Part shown: positions 53,701-61,562 of the stretch, in pieces
How positions within the stretch are numbered: position 1 is the stretch's first letter
Layout of the letters: each line of letters begins with the position of its first letter
Origin: Alphaproteobacteria bacterium
GTDB lineage: Bacteria > Pseudomonadota > Alphaproteobacteria > Rs-D84
Reading direction: 5' to 3'
NCBI GenBank assembly: GCA_017427405.1
Contig: JAFRSV010000007.1
Location: 5-64,004, forward strand
DNA: 64,000 bases
Made by a program: the position numbers and the translations under genes
Notes under the pieces: generated by a model
Database searches by the model: none
What the model was told of the DNA's origin: nothing
The model's input: only the letters and a program-made list of their open reading frames with translations

Positions 53701-54957
53701 CATGCTGAAACTACACCAGATGAATGCTATGAAATCCCGACCCCGGCTGGTGAAACTTGTACGAACGGTGTTTGGATGCAGTGTAAGCGCCAGGCCGATG
53801 AAGGAACTGCGTCTGCGACGGCACGTGGAACGACTTATGGGTACTGTGCAACATATCCGCAGTGTGTCGGTAACGAGAATTCGACAACCATAGTCAAAAA
53901 GACAGAACGGGCGTATACGGCACCAACTAAAACTGGAACAAATTCTTACTATGATACGCCCGGTAAAATGGTTACAAACAAGATTCCGTGCAGTTCAAGT
54001 GCAAGCGCCATAGTTGATTCGTCAGAGGATGACCAGTGCGAAGAAATTCCGGATACGGGTTCAATATGCCCGACGAATAAGGTGCTTAAGAGTTGCAAAC
54101 GCAAGGGTGATGAAAGTGCCACATTGAAGGCCGAATCGACATATAACCTTTGCACAACCGGAACGTCAATATTTGATTCTATTTCTGAAAACGATCCGTG
54201 CGGGGGGGATACAACCAGTGATAACGCGAAGAAAAAAGTCAAAAGTATTCAATACGAATATGTTACCCCGGTTTCTGAAACCCAATCAAAACGTGTCGGG
54301 TATAGTGTAAAGACGACGACGATGTGTAACCCAGCCGGAAATACAACTGAGTACATATACGATACTTGTGAACCACTTGCGGCAAGTGATAATTGTAAAA
54401 ACGGGACAACGTACAAGCCGTATTATAAATGTCATAAACAGATGTATGATGCCACCAGTGCAAATGCATCGAATCGCGAGTATAATGCATGTGATCCTTT
54501 GTCGGCGGCGGTGGCGTTGTCCAGTGCGGTTGCAAACAAGTTGGATAGTGATGTCACGTTTTCGACTGGGACATATGAAAACAAAGATTATATTTTGATG
54601 AGTGCGGGTGGGGTGACCAATAAACCGGTTGTGGCGGTTGATACTTTGAAACCACAGTCGTTGTTCAGCATTTGGAAAGAACAGTATAAGGAATTGTCAT
54701 CGACAAAATGTCAGGCATTGTTTGGTAAGTCAGATTGTGAGACAGGGTTGAATGAAACAGATATGCTGGGCAATATCAACGCCTATGGTGTTTGGAAAAC
54801 GGATCAGGTTGTTAATAAGGACAATACAACTGCTACGGATTTAACGTTTGATAAGTATCAAGAGAGTTTGCAACCGTGCCAGGGTGGAATTTCTATTACA
54901 GCGGACGGACAAGATGAGAATGGCGGAAATAAATATAAGATGACTTGTACGGAATGA
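50713..54957 (+). CDS. Secreted Cys-rich repeat protein (1414 aa), paralog family with the next two genes
   Basis: RBS GAAGGGA. Signal peptide MRKNMILGIIGFALALVSGGQVFA. Repeated D.C(E/Y).(I/P)...C......C modules. The C-terminal ~150 aa are homologous to the C-terminus of the 575-aa protein (both end ...GGNKY.MTCTE). Confidence 0.85.
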   Translation: MRKNMILGIIGFALALVSGGQVFAALGPNDISMGTFAIPLPGCAPEVTIGDKDTSTGCYTMTIQSKTLQNGVCSSSEISPTTKQVCDGKDGVGGEGCSSKTNVTGPDSNGCYTVTFQKMKVENEECVEDGEPLTYTTCDGATEVVDERYVPYPQSMTYDTGNDVQIGHEGYRRLEIKFKGDENSRVLKFPDLCEEGEDVEGQRIKTCIAQGNATSYPNADGSHSLYLTDDKYAFVIGESESGFPRYEYTAPRSVSGSVVAKGFTQKVYAYTDGRRVTETGATDECKEYAKPNDRSARVTKCTVQSYQYPSNLLSTWVPGTTEYCLGNHQSDCSQYTLLVGAVDACAGLTSSDDAWETRVVHSESEYVEHVYNTGCTTNCTGTVGYKLIKEEMCNGDVNESTNLDPCEYATLPVGVTCGSGYAYQSCTPQVTASGSTASAYYGCFPDNWSDFAHKNDIVPANFASDGTNLYWCQIQDCENTSACWIGVNKANGPNPSGQSDGTNCWGVVSIDGLQGDAGPGCSFAYYNDKWQVCCLPVDSSGNINVNGQWDCKEVTDSSILNQLNNWMCKPTYTTKYINKKSDGTYEYKPTDTNNRTAATVGVRTTITNCDGTNGGDVDVFDGPAGDDYDPCDGLTAGSQAAQTTILNQTKVYRSHQYSNNHYSPARGYYETTVTYCEGSATTYTPADECTPVADARLARSTGQSCADNQVLKRCTPQEGTQTPYFICDTTEVSGYPKKKYFVPTIENGKITKEGYTAWVHKYTSTGTEIEGDLADKDECHTVYKVQHSRSGDNNEILTATTQTTQKCTVQSYTYPNPSSPWTVGATYCKNTNASGSCTGYSDSISDSETSTLKYRAPLLSSSDSGVPVSAGYTYYDVTDGDDVSVREIIGVKDECWPVYRTSSVATTYPEMTWKCEVQYPGDTTSGATYITGYKYCLNITNEVCGNYQTTPPQELDQCNGGTSATAVKKVVSRTYTRTTGSQGALTSVYKMCNDDDHAETTPDECYEIPTPAGETCTNGVWMQCKRQADEGTASATARGTTYGYCATYPQCVGNENSTTIVKKTERAYTAPTKTGTNSYYDTPGKMVTNKIPCSSSASAIVDSSEDDQCEEIPDTGSICPTNKVLKSCKRKGDESATLKAESTYNLCTTGTSIFDSISENDPCGGDTTSDNAKKKVKSIQYEYVTPVSETQSKRVGYSVKTTTMCNPAGNTTEYIYDTCEPLAASDNCKNGTTYKPYYKCHKQMYDATSANASNREYNACDPLSAAVALSSAVANKLDSDVTFSTGTYENKDYILMSAGGVTNKPVVAVDTLKPQSLFSIWKEQYKELSSTKCQALFGKSDCETGLNETDMLGNINAYGVWKTDQVVNKDNTTATDLTFDKYQESLQPCQGGISITADGQDENGGNKYKMTCTE

Positions 54958-54988
54958 TCTAAGTAGTTTAAGATGGCGAAGGTATAAA

Positions 54989-56716
54989 ATGAGGAAGAGT
55001 TGGTTTGTTGGGGCGATTTTGACCACATTTGTGGCAGGTGTTGCAAATGCTGAGTATACGATAGGTCGTTTTACTGCCCCAAGGGGTGCGACCGGTGCCA
55101 CGGGTGGCACAGGTTCGACAGGACCTGAGGGGCCAGCGGGACCGCAGGGGTGCAGTGTGAGTGCATCAAAGTCGAATATTTATCAAAACCCCAGTGATCC
55201 AACTAGTCGTGTGGTTGGAACACATGTTGTGTTAACCGATTCTTGTAATAGTGAAAATAATCAAGAGTTTGATGTTAATCATGGAAATGATGGAACATCG
55301 TTTAATTTTAAGGGCAAAAAGGATACTTGTGCTGAATTAGAGGCGATTACAGGGGCACAACAGAATGATGCCTGGTTGGTAGCTGAAGATGGATTGCTTT
55401 ATATTTATAATGGAACGAGTTTCCCATCTTGCCCAAATGGTGGGGCGGCGTTTACGGGGCCCGCCGGTGAAGGTGTGTGCACAAATGTTTCCACGCCGTC
55501 GACGGCGGTAAAGAATACTGTGCGGTCGTATAGCGGGCCAAGTGGTCCACATACTGTTACTGTAAGTGGCACGTCATATACATATTATGATGTGGCGGGG
55601 CATATAACCCTTACGCATCATATGTGCAGTGGTAGTAGCAATGACGATACATCGGATACCCAGGACGATAGGTGTGTTCCCGTGGTTGCGCCAAATGGGG
55701 TTTGCACGGGTAAGACATATTATGAATGTAAGACACAGGCGGCGACCACTGGTTGGACCGCGGCGCAGGTTTATTATTTGTGTGTTGCAACGACTTATAG
55801 TTCGGTTACAAGTGCGATTGATAATCCGTGTATGGGGGTGGCATCAGGTAATCTTTCAACAACCGAAAGAACCCAAACTACGGCATATACTGTGCCGAAT
55901 GGTAGCAAGACCACGATTGGAGGTTACTCTTATTATACCAACAATCCGGGTAAAATAGTAACAACCAGTGTTAAATGTGATCCGGGGACAGGTGGTGCCA
56001 ACAATACGGTGATAGGTAGTGTGCAAGATGACTGTGATGAAATTGAAAAACCGAACACAAGTGTTTGCGCAAATGCGTCTAAGAAGTTCTACAAGTGCAG
56101 GCCGCAAGGCAAGATAGGTAGTTCCACGGATCCATATTATATTTGCACAAGTCCATTGGGTGAATCTGTGCTGGATGCGATTGGCACGGTGGCTGCCGAT
56201 GTGTCCACCGTTTCCGGTAAGGTTACTACGTTGGAAACCACGGTTGGAAATAGTACCAGTGGCTTGGTTCAACAAACAAATAATCTGGAAGCATCCGTTG
56301 CAAATAAATTGAACAAGGATGTTAGTTTTTCCAAGGCAAACGGATATATAACGATGAGTGCGACCGGAATATCAACCCCGGTAAATGTTGTGGCGGTTGC
56401 GGATATCAAGGGTGATCCTGGCAGTAACGGCGCGTCGGCATTGGAGCTTTGGCAGGAGCAACAGACCGATAACGCCACGTGTCAAAAATTGTTTGGCAAA
56501 AACTGTAATGCCTTGGGGTTAACAGAGTTTATGCAGGACATATCAGACTATGGCGTTTGGGCGCGTGCGGAATATCAGGCAAATGGTGCAAATGCAAATG
56601 TGTCGCGTTCGGCGTATCGTGCAACATTGCAACCGTGTCAGGGTGGAATTACGCTTACACCAAATGGGACGGATGGTAGTGGTGGAAATAAGTATACTAT
56701 GACCTGTACAGAATAA
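54989..56716 (+). CDS. Secreted collagen-like/Cys-rich fibre protein (575 aa)
   Basis: Signal peptide MRKSWFVGAILTTFVAGVANA. Seven GXY triplets (GATGATGGTGSTGPEGPAGPQG). Segment GNDGTSFNFKG...LLYIYNGTSFPSC..FTGPAGEG. Two Cys-rich modules and the conserved C-terminal domain. Confidence 0.85.
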   Translation: MRKSWFVGAILTTFVAGVANAEYTIGRFTAPRGATGATGGTGSTGPEGPAGPQGCSVSASKSNIYQNPSDPTSRVVGTHVVLTDSCNSENNQEFDVNHGNDGTSFNFKGKKDTCAELEAITGAQQNDAWLVAEDGLLYIYNGTSFPSCPNGGAAFTGPAGEGVCTNVSTPSTAVKNTVRSYSGPSGPHTVTVSGTSYTYYDVAGHITLTHHMCSGSSNDDTSDTQDDRCVPVVAPNGVCTGKTYYECKTQAATTGWTAAQVYYLCVATTYSSVTSAIDNPCMGVASGNLSTTERTQTTAYTVPNGSKTTIGGYSYYTNNPGKIVTTSVKCDPGTGGANNTVIGSVQDDCDEIEKPNTSVCANASKKFYKCRPQGKIGSSTDPYYICTSPLGESVLDAIGTVAADVSTVSGKVTTLETTVGNSTSGLVQQTNNLEASVANKLNKDVSFSKANGYITMSATGISTPVNVVAVADIKGDPGSNGASALELWQEQQTDNATCQKLFGKNCNALGLTEFMQDISDYGVWARAEYQANGANANVSRSAYRATLQPCQGGITLTPNGTDGSGGNKYTMTCTE

Positions 56717-56748
56717 AATATAAAGAAGATAAATAGAGAGGATAAAAA

Positions 56749-59007
56749 ATGAAAAGAAAAATTTTTGTTTTTACGATTTTGGGGGCTTGCGTGACCATGC
56801 CAGTGATGGCGGATTATATAATAGGTGACTTTATTGCACCAAAAGGGGCGGATGGTATAAATGGTACTAATGGGACGAATGGAACGGATTGCAGACCGAC
56901 CGAGACCAGGACCCGTTGTTATGGAACGGGAAGTAGTAAATGTGATGATTCAACGCGCAGTGGGGTTAAAATCGTGACAACACAGTGTGATGGCAGTGGT
57001 TCAACAACTTCGTATATATACGATAATAATTGTGGAATTACGGTTGCAAGCACTACGGATGTACACCAAGATGACGATGCAACAAAACCGGTCACGCATA
57101 AGAGGGTGACGTTCAAAAATACATGCACGGACGAGACATTGTCAACAACGGCGGATGTGCCGGCGGGCTGTACACCTACATATACCACAAAATATATAAA
57201 CAAGGAGACAAATGGTACCTATTCTTATAATAATTCCTCTAGGAGTGAAAATACCGTTGGGGCGCGTACAACTGTGTCGGGTTGCGGGACAGATACAACC
57301 TTTGATACATATGATGGTAATGATGGAACGTCGTTCAATTATATGGGATCGGTTGCAAGTTGTAGTGCTTTGAATAATGTTTCTAATCCGGCACAAAACG
57401 ATGCGTATATAGTCAATGGTGATGGAAATGGAAAGTTATGTATTTATAATGGTAGTTCTTGGCCAACATGCCCAAGTGGTTGTGCGGAATTTACCGGACC
57501 GGCGGGTGATAATAATTGCACAGGTTTTGAAAGTTCAACAACAGCGGTAAAGAACACATTGCGGACATATAGTGGTCCGTCGGATCCCACAACAAATGGT
57601 GACGTAACATTTTATGCGACACGTGGAAAAATGGTGTTAACACATAAAATGTGTAATACAAGTTTGGATGATACGGTTGATAATGAAAACGATCCATGTG
57701 TTCCGATTATTGCGCCCAGTGGTGTTACGTGTAATGGAACATATATGGAATGCAAACGCGGTGACAATTCATCGTTATATAATGTGTGCGAGGCAACAAC
57801 TGGAACAACATTTTCATCGGCGTTGAGCAATAAAGAAGATGCGGTCTGTGTTGGAACAAATGCTAATTTATCATCGGTGGAAAGGAAAAAAACGGTTTCG
57901 TATACTGCGCCGACGGGTTCCGGGTCTTATGGGACGTATTCTTGGAAAACGGCGGTTGGTAAAGTTGTAAACAAGAGCATAAAATGTGATAACAGTGAAA
58001 CAACAATAAGTTCAACGCCGGATAAGTGTGAAGAAGAAATTGCAAAACCAAATGGTGTTTGCGCTGAAAATGGTAAAGTCTATTATAAATGCACACAACA
58101 AAATGATGGTACCGAGTACAATCTTTGTGCAGATGGTACATCGGTATTGGGTGCAGCACAGAGCGCAGCACAAAGTGCGGCGGAAACGGCCGTGGCGGCG
58201 GTGGACCCGTGTGCGGGGAATACGAATTCTTCTACAATAATAAAAACAACATCAACGACGGCGTATAGTCGGGGGACGAAAAGCAGTGAGGTTTATTCGA
58301 CTATTGGTAAAAAGACCGTTACAAAAACGGCATGCAATGGGGATACGTACACGACAGACGAACAAGACGATTGTATAGAGGTTGCTAAACCGACGAATGT
58401 GTGTACTGGGGCAACGTCGGCATATTTGCGTTGTTATAATGCCCAGGCAAGTTCGGACAAAACATACTATGTGTGTCAAGATTTGGGGACAAATAATAAT
58501 TCATTAGCAAATAAAATTGATGCCAAGGCGGATGCGAGTACGGTAACCACGCTTTCTGGCAAGATAACAACGGCAGAAAATAATATATCAACCTTACAAA
58601 CCACGGTAAACAACAAGGCAGATGCAAGTGCGGTTACACTGTCTGCATTAGCAAATACTTTGGGAAACACGTATTTAAAACCAAGTGATACCATTTCCAC
58701 AAGCCAATTACCAAGCAATGTGGTAACAACAACTGACGGAAAGATTAATGCTGGGGTCTTGCCGTCCACGGTTATTACAACAACAAATCTTGGGAATCAA
58801 TTACAAACAGGTGGGGCGTTGGCAAGTGTCGTGACAAATGATACGCTTAAACAACAAATTCTTGATACTTCTGTTTTGGGGGAATGCAGCACAGATACAA
58901 CAGCTGATAAAGTGACGACAACGTGCACTTCTGGTAGCATAATGGCACAAATTTATGACCAGTTGAAAGATGCTATTGATGCCGCTGGAAATAGTAGTAG
59001 AAATTAA
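56749..59007 (+). CDS. Secreted collagen-like/Cys-rich fibre protein (752 aa)
   Basis: Signal peptide MKRKIFVFTILGACVTMPVMA. Five GXY triplets (GADGINGTNGTNGTD). Paralogous GNDGTSFNYMG...LCIYNGSSWPTC..FTGPAGDN segment. Three Cys-rich modules. C-terminal Ala/Thr/Asn-rich fibre-like tail (LANKIDAKADASTVTTLSGKITTAENNISTLQ). Confidence 0.85.
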   Translation: MKRKIFVFTILGACVTMPVMADYIIGDFIAPKGADGINGTNGTNGTDCRPTETRTRCYGTGSSKCDDSTRSGVKIVTTQCDGSGSTTSYIYDNNCGITVASTTDVHQDDDATKPVTHKRVTFKNTCTDETLSTTADVPAGCTPTYTTKYINKETNGTYSYNNSSRSENTVGARTTVSGCGTDTTFDTYDGNDGTSFNYMGSVASCSALNNVSNPAQNDAYIVNGDGNGKLCIYNGSSWPTCPSGCAEFTGPAGDNNCTGFESSTTAVKNTLRTYSGPSDPTTNGDVTFYATRGKMVLTHKMCNTSLDDTVDNENDPCVPIIAPSGVTCNGTYMECKRGDNSSLYNVCEATTGTTFSSALSNKEDAVCVGTNANLSSVERKKTVSYTAPTGSGSYGTYSWKTAVGKVVNKSIKCDNSETTISSTPDKCEEEIAKPNGVCAENGKVYYKCTQQNDGTEYNLCADGTSVLGAAQSAAQSAAETAVAAVDPCAGNTNSSTIIKTTSTTAYSRGTKSSEVYSTIGKKTVTKTACNGDTYTTDEQDDCIEVAKPTNVCTGATSAYLRCYNAQASSDKTYYVCQDLGTNNNSLANKIDAKADASTVTTLSGKITTAENNISTLQTTVNNKADASAVTLSALANTLGNTYLKPSDTISTSQLPSNVVTTTDGKINAGVLPSTVITTTNLGNQLQTGGALASVVTNDTLKQQILDTSVLGECSTDTTADKVTTTCTSGSIMAQIYDQLKDAIDAAGNSSRN

Positions 59008-59023
59008 ATTAACCCACACAAAG

Positions 59024-59050
59024 CCGTCACCAAGATTGGTGGCGGTTTTT
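59024..59050. terminator. Rho-independent terminator closing the fibre operon (may serve both convergent genes)
   Basis: CCGTCACC-AAGATT-GGTGGCGG hairpin followed by TTTTT. Lies 17 nt after the operon stop and 15 nt from the stop of the convergent XRE gene. Confidence 0.75.
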
Positions 59051-59064
59051 GTTAGCAAAATATA

Positions 59065-59478
59065 TTATTCGCCTTCGGTTAGTGATTTTAGCAAATTCAT
59101 TACGGATTCACGCTGTTTATCATTTGCCAATTTCCAATACATACGGACCAATTCCAATGTTTCGGTACGAATCAACGGGTCGTCCGAACTTGGTGAATGG
59201 ACGTGGATTGAACGCGACGATTTCGTTTCGTCCGGCATATTCCCCGGTAGTCCAACAAAAAAGAACGAAACCGGTGTTTGCATCGCACGGCCAATTTCAA
59301 ACAGGCGCGATGCAGATATGCGGTTGTCCGCGGTTTCGTATTTTTGAATTTGCTGAAACGTGACACCACATACGTGTGCCAAATCCTTTAATGACATTCC
59401 CATCATTGTGCGGCGCAATTGCATGCGTTTGCCGATGTGTTGATCAATAACCGACGGTATGTATGCTTTTCCAGACAT
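59065..59478 (-). CDS. XRE-family helix-turn-helix transcriptional regulator (138 aa)
   Basis: HTH core MSLKDLAHVCGVTFQQIQKYETADNRISASRLFEIGRAM. Preferred start is ATG 59478 with RBS AAGGGA. The track start 59550 adds an unlikely 24-aa extension. Confidence 0.8.
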   Translation of the reverse strand: MSGKAYIPSVIDQHIGKRMQLRRTMMGMSLKDLAHVCGVTFQQIQKYETADNRISASRLFEIGRAMQTPVSFFFVGLPGNMPDETKSSRSIHVHSPSSDDPLIRTETLELVRMYWKLANDKQRESVMNLLKSLTEGE

Positions 59479-59540
59479 TGTTAGTCCCTTTGGTATGATA
59501 TATTTCCTATTGTCGTTTTTATACAATAATTTTTTTTGTT

Positions 59541-59569
59541 TTGCAATCAAAAAAGCCTTGTGTTATTAT
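59541..59569 (+). promoter_or_regulatory. Candidate gpmI promoter
   Basis: TTGCAA (59541-59546), 17-nt spacer ending in TGT, TATTAT (59564-59569), 24 nt upstream of ATG 59593. Confidence 0.5.
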
Positions 59570-59592
59570 GTTTTCAATATGGGAGAAAAGAT

Positions 59593-61065
59593 ATGAAAAA
59601 AACAGTTGTTTTATGTATATTAGATGGTGTCGGATATAGCGAAAATGTAAAGCATAATGCGGTGGCGATGGCGAAAATGCCGTGTTTTGATGGGTTGGTT
59701 AAAAAATATCCAAATTCGTTTTTGCGTGCGTCGGGGACGGCGGTTGGTTTGCCAGGAAATCTTATGGGAAATTCAGAGGTTGGACATATTTGTATCGGTG
59801 CCGGACGTGTGGTTATGCAGTATTTATTGCGATTCGCGCGTGAAGATTGGACAAAAAACAAACCGTTAAACAAATTTATTGCTGATGTTCGGCTGGACGG
59901 CGGAATCGTGCATTTTGCGGGTCTGATGTCCGATGGGCGGGTGCATGCGGATGTGCGGGACGAAGTAAAGATTATGAAATATATTTTGGATGCGGGACTA
60001 ACGGTTTGTATCCACTTTATTGCCGATGGGCGCGATACGCCACCGCGTTCCGCAATGAAATATGTGCGAACAATTAAACGGATGCTGGCGCCGTATTTTG
60101 CCAATGGACGTGCGTTCTTTGGAACATTGTCGGGACGATACTATACGATGGACCGGAATAAAAATATGGACCGGACGGAAATGGCGTTCAATGCGATTGC
60201 AAATGCGCGTGCGGATGCGCGTGCCGATACGATAGAGGACGCAATTAAAAAATCCTATGCGGCGGGCGTGACCGATGAATTTATTAAACCGACCATTATC
60301 AATCCAACACCAATTTCGGCGCGTGATGGGTTTGTCTTTGGCAATTACCGTAGTGACCGCGCGCGGCAAATCGTTCGCGCATTGTTAAAGACACGGGCGC
60401 ATATATTATGCTTTTCGCAATATGGCGAAGGGTTAAACGAACATTGCCCTGCACTGCTTGCTGATATTCCAGTGGAAAATACTTTGGGTGATGTCGTTGC
60501 GGCGGCGGGGCTTTCGCAATTACGGATTGCGGAAACGGAAAAGTATAATCATGTGACATATTTTATGGATGCGGAACGGACGATTGATTACCCAAACGAA
60601 GAAAAGGTCTTGGTTGATTCGCCATCTGTTGCGACATTTGATATGAAACCTGAAATGTCCGCAAATGAAATTACGGCGGCATTGTTGAAACGCATTGGAA
60701 AATTTGATGTGGTGCTGTTGAACTTTGCCAACGGCGATATGGTTGGACATACCGGGAACGCGGCGGCAACCGTGCGGGCGATGGAATGTTTAGACGGGCA
60801 ACTTGCGCAAATTGTGCCGGCGGTGCTTTCGGTCGGTGGGAAAATGCTGATTATTGCCGACCACGGTAATGCGGAAAAAATGTGGGATGATAAATCGAAC
60901 GCCCCGTGGACTGCGCACACGAATAATAAGGTGCGCGCAATTTTGGTAAGCGAACCACCATATAAAAAGATAAAAAATGGCGGTTTGGCCGATGTTGCTC
61001 CAACGATTTTGAAACTGCTGGGGGTGACGCAACCGGCGGATATGACTGGAAAGGCGTTAGTGTAA
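59593..61065 (+). CDS. gpmI: 2,3-bisphosphoglycerate-independent phosphoglycerate mutase
   Basis: 490 aa from ATG 59593 (RBS GGGAGA). Motifs ILDGVGYS, GNSEVGH, ADHGNAE. The last codons TTA GTG TAA are part of a GTNAGT repeat. Confidence 0.92.
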   Translation: MKKTVVLCILDGVGYSENVKHNAVAMAKMPCFDGLVKKYPNSFLRASGTAVGLPGNLMGNSEVGHICIGAGRVVMQYLLRFAREDWTKNKPLNKFIADVRLDGGIVHFAGLMSDGRVHADVRDEVKIMKYILDAGLTVCIHFIADGRDTPPRSAMKYVRTIKRMLAPYFANGRAFFGTLSGRYYTMDRNKNMDRTEMAFNAIANARADARADTIEDAIKKSYAAGVTDEFIKPTIINPTPISARDGFVFGNYRSDRARQIVRALLKTRAHILCFSQYGEGLNEHCPALLADIPVENTLGDVVAAAGLSQLRIAETEKYNHVTYFMDAERTIDYPNEEKVLVDSPSVATFDMKPEMSANEITAALLKRIGKFDVVLLNFANGDMVGHTGNAAATVRAMECLDGQLAQIVPAVLSVGGKMLIIADHGNAEKMWDDKSNAPWTAHTNNKVRAILVSEPPYKKIKNGGLADVAPTILKLLGVTQPADMTGKALV

Positions 61066-61074
61066 GTGTTAGTG
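61057..61074 (+). repeat. Short GTNAGT-family array overlapping the gpmI stop codon
   Basis: TTAGTGTAAGTGTTAGTG. The gpmI TAA (61063-61065) lies inside it. Followed directly by a hairpin terminator. Confidence 0.75.
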
Positions 61075-61102
61075 AAAATCCCGCATGCGCGGGATTTTTT
61101 TT
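61075..61102. terminator. Bidirectional rho-independent terminator
   Basis: AAAA-ATCCCGC-ATGC-GCGGGAT-TTTTTTTT lies between the convergent gpmI and the 152-aa ORF. Confidence 0.85.
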
Positions 61103-61559
61103 AGCGTTGTTTTGCTAAGAATTTTTTGCGACGTTCCTCAAAAGAAAGGTTGTACTCGATACATAAACTATGGTTTTGCGCTTGCCATACCAATACTTCG
61201 TCACCTGTGTATACATTATGATTATTGGTGTACATTTTTATTGTCTGACAGCCGAATTCTTTACCAAATAATTGAACAAGTGTATATTTGACACCATCCG
61301 TATCAACAGTATTTCTCATAGATTCAACAAGCATAGTATCATAAGTGTACTTCGCGTTGAGTGGACTAGATAAAACAGGTTTGCCATTTGTGTTTGGACT
61401 GTATTTTATTGTGTCCCCGCAAGCAAAGTTGTCATGAATAGATGCGGATAGAGCTTCCGGAACAGTAATCTCTATTGGGGTGCCTGCTTGATACAGTGGG
61501 ACAAGTTTAACGGAATAAGGTTTTTTGTTGATTTGCATATCTGTGATTGTGGCTAACAT
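61101..61559 (-). CDS. Hypothetical protein (152 aa), translationally coupled to tadA
   Basis: ATG 61559 lies 3 nt after the tadA stop. A consensus AAGGAG RBS lies inside the tadA 3' end. No signal peptide and no recognised domain. Looks more AT-rich than its neighbours by eye. Confidence 0.6.
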   Translation of the reverse strand: MLATITDMQINKKPYSVKLVPLYQAGTPIEITVPEALSASIHDNFACGDTIKYSPNTNGKPVLSSPLNAKYTYDTMLVESMRNTVDTDGVKYTLVQLFGKEFGCQTIKMYTNNHNVYTGDEVLVWQAQNHSLCIEYNLSFEERRKKFLAKQR

Positions 61560-61562
61560 TTT

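Noticed and set aside
42424-59007. Remnant prophage tail module
   Set aside because: Only fibre-like and collagen-like repeats are phage-reminiscent. All five proteins carry Sec signal peptides, which phage tail fibres normally lack. No other phage functions flank the locus.
59479-59550. 24-aa N-terminal extension of the XRE regulator from the track start
   Set aside because: The internal ATG 59478 has a proper AAGGGA RBS. The extension (MIAKQKKLLYKNDNRKYIIPKGLT) would overlap the gpmI promoter region.
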